From Patescibacteria group bacterium (GTDB lineage: Bacteria; Patescibacteriota; Microgenomatia; UBA8517): a DNA stretch of 64,000 nucleotides. A model generated the notes under the pieces. That model did not search any database. It worked only from the letters and a program-made list of their open reading frames with translations, and was not told the DNA's origin. Where the stretch lies: NCBI GenBank assembly GCA_035291665.1, contig DATDRP010000006.1, positions 209,255 to 273,254 of the forward strand. Reading direction: 5' to 3'. A program made the position numbers and the translations under genes. Below, piece after piece: positions 60,309 through 64,000 of the stretch (the stretch's first letter is position 1; every line of letters begins with the position of its first letter).

Positions 60309-60360
60309 ATCTGACAAATTTATATCCTTCTTATTTTTTTAACTTTGGAGGGCAAAGGAG

Positions 60361-60753
60361 GTGATGATTATGATAAAAAAGATAGATTCAATTGGACTTT
60401 TCAGCGAGAATGCCAAGAAATTGAAAGATTTTTATGTTGAGAAAGTCGGCTTGAAGGTTTCGATGGAAGGCGAAATGGGAGAAAATAATGATGTATTATA
60501 TGGATTTGATATCGGTGAAAAAGAAAACTTTTTCATAATGTCGCATTCAGAAGTTAAGGGGAAAAATAAGAATCCCGAAAGATATTTAATAAATTTTGAG
60601 GTTGATGACATTGACAAGGAAGTAGAGAAGTTGAAAAGTAATGATGTCAAACAAATACAGGAAAAATACCATGTTGAAGGATATGGTTACATTTCAACAT
60701 TTGAGGATTCAGACGGTAATTATTTCCAATTGGTTCAGGTAAGAGAAAATTGA
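60361..60753 (+). CDS. VOC/glyoxalase family protein
   Basis: FY...VGL, INFEVDDID, FEDSDGNYFQL. Confidence 0.85.
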   Translation: MMIMIKKIDSIGLFSENAKKLKDFYVEKVGLKVSMEGEMGENNDVLYGFDIGEKENFFIMSHSEVKGKNKNPERYLINFEVDDIDKEVEKLKSNDVKQIQEKYHVEGYGYISTFEDSDGNYFQLVQVREN

Positions 60754-60790
60754 TTAAAGATACGGGAACGTTGCATAATTATCTATACAA

Positions 60791-61546
60791 ATGTTTCTTC
60801 TGATAGACAAACCCAAAGGAATTTCGTCGCACGATGTTGTTAACAGAATAAGGCGCATAACCGGAGAAAAGCGTGTTGGGCACGCCGGAACACTGGACCC
60901 AAATGCAACTGGATTATTGATTGTTGCCGTGGGTAGGGATTCAACAAAGAAATTATCAGAATTTCTGAAATTGGATAAAGAATATCTTGCTGAGATAACA
61001 TTGGGAGAAGAAAGGGATACGGATGATGCATTGGGGAAAATTGTAAAAAGTCTAAGTCTAAGTGTAAGAGAAGATCTATCCCGGAAACAGGTTCGTATTT
61101 CACACAACACGAAATCTGTACGGGATGACAAAGCTGGTATCGAAAGTTTACCAACTTTGTCCAGAGAGAAAGTTGAAAATGCGCTGAAGTCATTTGTAGG
61201 AAAGCATGTTCAGATACCTCCGGAATATTCAGCCATAAAGGTAAAAGGAAAAAATGCATATGAGTATGCAAGGAAGGGGATAAGTCTAAGTTTAAGTTCA
61301 AGAAAAGTTGTAATTTATTCAATTGAACTAATTGATTATTCGTTTCCGGTTATAAAATTAAATGTAAAGGTATCAAGCGGTACTTATGTTAGGTCAATTG
61401 CCCGGGATCTTGGGAGGAAGCTTGGAACATTTGCATATTTATCAAATCTTAAACGCTCACAAGTTGGAAAGTATTTGATTAAAAACGCTCTTGATCTTGA
61501 TTCCTTAACAAGCGAAAATTGGAAGGAGTATTCGTTTAACATTTAA
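60791..61546 (+). CDS. truB: tRNA pseudouridine(55) synthase with in-frame insertion
   Basis: [49 protein letters not shown]. Confidence 0.93.
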   Translation: MFLLIDKPKGISSHDVVNRIRRITGEKRVGHAGTLDPNATGLLIVAVGRDSTKKLSEFLKLDKEYLAEITLGEERDTDDALGKIVKSLSLSVREDLSRKQVRISHNTKSVRDDKAGIESLPTLSREKVENALKSFVGKHVQIPPEYSAIKVKGKNAYEYARKGISLSLSSRKVVIYSIELIDYSFPVIKLNVKVSSGTYVRSIARDLGRKLGTFAYLSNLKRSQVGKYLIKNALDLDSLTSENWKEYSFNI

Positions 61547-61548
61547 TA

Positions 61549-62751
61549 ATGTTCAGAAAAATTGTATATATTCTAATAACTCTTTTTGTTTTTGTAGCCG
61601 GAGCTTATTTTATAGCAACAAAATATTTCCACATTGATGAAAATGCCGTAAAAACTCTTGTTGAATCACCTTCGCAGGACGTTGTCAAACTGATTAATGA
61701 AAATCCGACAAACTCAGGACCTTTTACTATTTATGGTGATTATAAAATCGGTATTTTTGCGGATCTGGGTGAAAAAGCACCCCGGGTTCTGAGCTTTGAC
61801 AACTCGGGGACACTTTTTACATCAATTACCGGAAAAGGTGAAATCTTGGCGCTGCCGGACGCAGATGCGGATGGCAAAGCGGACAGGATTGAAGTCGTGT
61901 CAAAAGGCTTAAACCGTCCTCACGGAATTGTTTTTTACAATGATTATTTTTATATTGCCGAGACAGACCGGGTGGTCAGGTATAAATACGGTTCTGACCG
62001 TAAGTTGGGAGAGAAGGAGTTTTTATTTAATCTACCGGGGGGTGGAAGACATTTTACAAGAACAATAAAAGTATACGAAAACAAATTGTATACATCAGTA
62101 GGGTCATCTTGCGATGTATGTGTTGAAAAAGAAATCGATAGAGCTTCAATACTTGTATCCGATCTTGACGGTTCAAATTTGAATGTTTTTGCGACGGGGC
62201 TTCGTAATACTGTGTTTTTTGATTTTGCTCCATCGGGAAGCTCAGGAGAAGTTAAAATTTGGGGAAGTGATATGGGGAGGGATTTTTTGGGAGACAATTT
62301 GCCTCCTGATGAGTTGAATGTTATTGAGAATGGGGGAAATTATGGCTGGCCGTGGTGTTATGGCAATAAGGCAATCGACTCCGATTTCAATCGGAACGCA
62401 GGTTTTGATTGTTCAGTTACGCGGGCTTCTGAATTCAATTATCCGGCACACAATGCACCGCTCGGGACCACTTTTATCAAATCCGGAGTATTACCCAAAT
62501 CTTATGAAGGCGATTTGTTGGTATCATTCCACGGATCATGGAATAGCACATCTAAAGTCGGGTATAAAATAGTCAGAATCGATATAGAAAACGGAAAAGC
62601 CGTAGACATGAAGGATTTTATTACGGGTTTTGCCGACAGCAAAGGAAATGTTATCGGGCGTCCGGTTGATCTTGTATTTGATTCAAAAGGGAATTTATAT
62701 ATAAGTGATGACAAGGCTAATGTAGTGTATGTTTTGACCAAAAAGAATTAA
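61549..62751 (+). CDS. PQQ-dependent sugar/sorbosone dehydrogenase family protein
   Basis: LNRPHG, SVGSSCD, GLRN, GRD.LGD..PPDELN, YGWP, HGSWN, GRPVD. Confidence 0.85.
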   Translation: MFRKIVYILITLFVFVAGAYFIATKYFHIDENAVKTLVESPSQDVVKLINENPTNSGPFTIYGDYKIGIFADLGEKAPRVLSFDNSGTLFTSITGKGEILALPDADADGKADRIEVVSKGLNRPHGIVFYNDYFYIAETDRVVRYKYGSDRKLGEKEFLFNLPGGGRHFTRTIKVYENKLYTSVGSSCDVCVEKEIDRASILVSDLDGSNLNVFATGLRNTVFFDFAPSGSSGEVKIWGSDMGRDFLGDNLPPDELNVIENGGNYGWPWCYGNKAIDSDFNRNAGFDCSVTRASEFNYPAHNAPLGTTFIKSGVLPKSYEGDLLVSFHGSWNSTSKVGYKIVRIDIENGKAVDMKDFITGFADSKGNVIGRPVDLVFDSKGNLYISDDKANVVYVLTKKN

Positions 62752-62763
62752 GATAAAGAAAGA

Positions 62764-63507
62764 ATGATCGATGCAAAAATATCAATATTGCTGGGATTTA
62801 TCCAAGGGCTGACCGAGTTCTTGCCCGTTTCCTCGTCAGCACACTTGGTTCTTATCCAAAACCTAATTCCTAATTTCTCTCAACCCGGAATTTTGTTTGA
62901 TGTAGTTTTGCATTTTGGAACTTTGTTTTCCGTTTTGCTGTTTTTCAGAAAACAGATATTAAGCATTAACTTGAAATATCTGATGCTTATTGCAGCCGGA
63001 ACAGTACCGGCTGTTCTGGCTGGCCTTCTTTTTCGGAAAAGTTTTGAGGTGATGTTTTCCAGCATCGGCTGGTTGGGGGTTGAACTCATGATAACAGGGG
63101 TTTTGAATATTATGATAGACAAACCCGATGACGGAAAAAAAGTTTTAAATTATCGAAATTCGCTCTTGATAGGTGTTGCCCAGGCAATAAGTATAATACC
63201 CGGGATTTCCAGATCGGGAGCAACAATCTTTACCGGGGTTAAATTAGGTATCAGTAAAGAGAAAGCAGCTGAATTTTCATTTCTTTTATCGGTTCCTGCA
63301 ATTCTGGGAGCAAATATACTTGAATTTCTTTCCCATCGTGAAGTTAGTATTCTTCCTGCTAATATCTACATATTAGGATTTTTAACAGCGTTATTGATCG
63401 GTTATGTTTCGATTAATCTTGTATACAGATTTTTAAAACAGGGAAAATTCAAACTCTTTGGTTATTATGCCATTCTTCTCGGGCTGGTTACGATTCTTCT
63501 ATTCTAA
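62764..63507 (+). CDS. uppP: Undecaprenyl-diphosphate phosphatase
   Basis: QGLTEFLPVSSSAHL, PGISRSGAT, AEFSFLLS. Confidence 0.93.
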   Translation: MIDAKISILLGFIQGLTEFLPVSSSAHLVLIQNLIPNFSQPGILFDVVLHFGTLFSVLLFFRKQILSINLKYLMLIAAGTVPAVLAGLLFRKSFEVMFSSIGWLGVELMITGVLNIMIDKPDDGKKVLNYRNSLLIGVAQAISIIPGISRSGATIFTGVKLGISKEKAAEFSFLLSVPAILGANILEFLSHREVSILPANIYILGFLTALLIGYVSINLVYRFLKQGKFKLFGYYAILLGLVTILLF

Positions 63508-63872
63508 GTGAGGATTGTAATTATCTTCGGTAAAAAAAGTACGATGCCGACGATAATCGACATGGCAGCGGCCAGAAGTACGCAAGCTGCTGCAACATCT
63601 TTAGCAATTTTTGCATAAGGATTAACCTCGGGACTTGTGGTATTGACGATAGCTTCCAGGACCGTATTTAAAAGTTCCAATACCAACACAAAAAATATTG
63701 TAAAAGTCAGAAATAACCACTCCAGAAGATTAAGTTTAAGTATAAGACCAAGAATAAGAGCAAAGACGGAAAACGAAAGATGGATTCGGAAATTGGGTTC
63801 GTTTTTTAACGCCGTATTCAATCCCTGGAATGCGTAAGAAAAACTTTTTAGAGTTGTATGACGTAAGCCCAT
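63504..63872 (-). CDS. dgkA: Diacylglycerol/undecaprenol kinase family protein
   Basis: SFSYAFQG...EPNFRIH, ELLNT.LE, AKDVAA; start moved to ATG 63872. Confidence 0.85.
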   Translation of the reverse strand: MGLRHTTLKSFSYAFQGLNTALKNEPNFRIHLSFSVFALILGLILKLNLLEWLFLTFTIFFVLVLELLNTVLEAIVNTTSPEVNPYAKIAKDVAAACVLLAAAMSIIVGIVLFLPKIITILT

Positions 63873-63932
63873 GTTGTTAAGTATTAGTGTAAGTCCTGCA
63901 ACAAGATAATGTAAATGGATATTTATAACAGC

Positions 63933-64000
63933 GTTCAAGAATACCACGCCCTTTAGGGCGTGGATGAATTGAACTCAGATATGTCATCCTCCTTAGGGAA
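63933..64000. mobile_element. IS200/IS605-end-like structured element (copy C, truncated by window end)
   Basis: GTTCAAGAATA-CCACGCCCT-tt-AGGGCGTGG-ATGAATTGAAC... Confidence 0.6.

Overview
A 64-kb chromosomal segment in standard genetic code (TGA = stop). It most likely comes from a small-genome Patescibacteria/CPR (Microgenomates-like) bacterium; this is an inference from gene content, short palindromic intergenic repeats and many leaderless genes. Main blocks: (1) 2.5-24.9 kb, an arginine/ornithine/polyamine island (threonine-synthase-like PLP enzyme, GNATs, VanX, BtpA, two amidinotransferase/arginine-deiminase enzymes, argG, rocD, two M20 hydrolases incl. RocB-like, argS, a RelA/SpoT with a degenerate synthetase, speD, bpsA). 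Two of its operons are preceded by unannotated Arg-rich leader peptides and terminators, i.e. candidate arginine attenuators. (2) 25-38 kb, mixed accessory genes incl. a GT2 + GH18 pair. (3) 38.8-42.4 kb, an array of single unrelated genes separated by five copies of a palindromic, tyrosine-recombinase-site-like repeat; no recombinase is in the window. (4) 46-59 kb, a copper island with four OmpR-type direct-repeat boxes and IS200/IS605-end-like ~100-bp structured elements. (5) tRNA-Gln(CTG) flanked by partial copies of itself and a GIY-YIG gene, then truB, a PQQ-type dehydrogenase, uppP and dgkA. All product calls come from motif recognition by eye, not database searches.
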